From the NCBI GenBank assembly GCA_030704615.1, contig CM060734.1, forward strand, positions 45,012,001 to 45,076,000: a DNA stretch of 64,000 nt, given 5' to 3'. A program made the position numbers and the translations under genes. This document shows positions 63,933 through 64,000 of this stretch, piece after piece; within the stretch, counting starts at the first letter, position 1, and every line of letters starts with the position of its first letter. This stretch comes from Takakia lepidozioides (lineage: Eukaryota; Plantae; Bryophyta). The notes under the pieces are model-generated. The model was not told the origin of the DNA, made no database searches, and saw only the letters and a program-made list of their open reading frames with translations.

Positions 63933-64000
63933 AGTCTGGACACTGTCTGCTGCTGCAATGCACTCAAAAGGCCCTTGTCAACAGCTAGTGCCTACGGGCA

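Overview
Eukaryotic land-plant nuclear DNA: spliced genes, transposons and pseudogenes. The PLS/DYW PPR repeats look like those of a non-seed plant such as a moss, but that taxon call is my inference. In order: a decayed Ty1/copia RT; three related Agenet/Tudor-domain genes, all apparently disabled (about 1-20 kb); a diverged relic plus a full-length 8.2-kb Ty3/gypsy-type element (25699-33929); two hAT MITEs flanking an intact 3-exon EDS1/PAD4-family lipase+EP-domain gene (38404-40884); a 14-kb scrambled zone of PPR/DYW pseudogenes and fragments of UMP-CMP kinase, SAC9 and CDC20 genes; and an intact OS9 ER-lectin gene running off the right edge. Two things stand out. (1) The gypsy element has split, permuted LTRs (core-PBS...x-TA-core-x), the product expected if a 2-LTR circle is cut at a palindromic junction and then integrated. 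It also has a tRNA-Ala PBS, a 4-bp TSD, an extra upstream ORF of unknown function and a dUTPase-like domain between protease and RT. (2) The EDS1-family gene mixes EDS1-like and PAD4-like motifs in what may be a non-seed plant.
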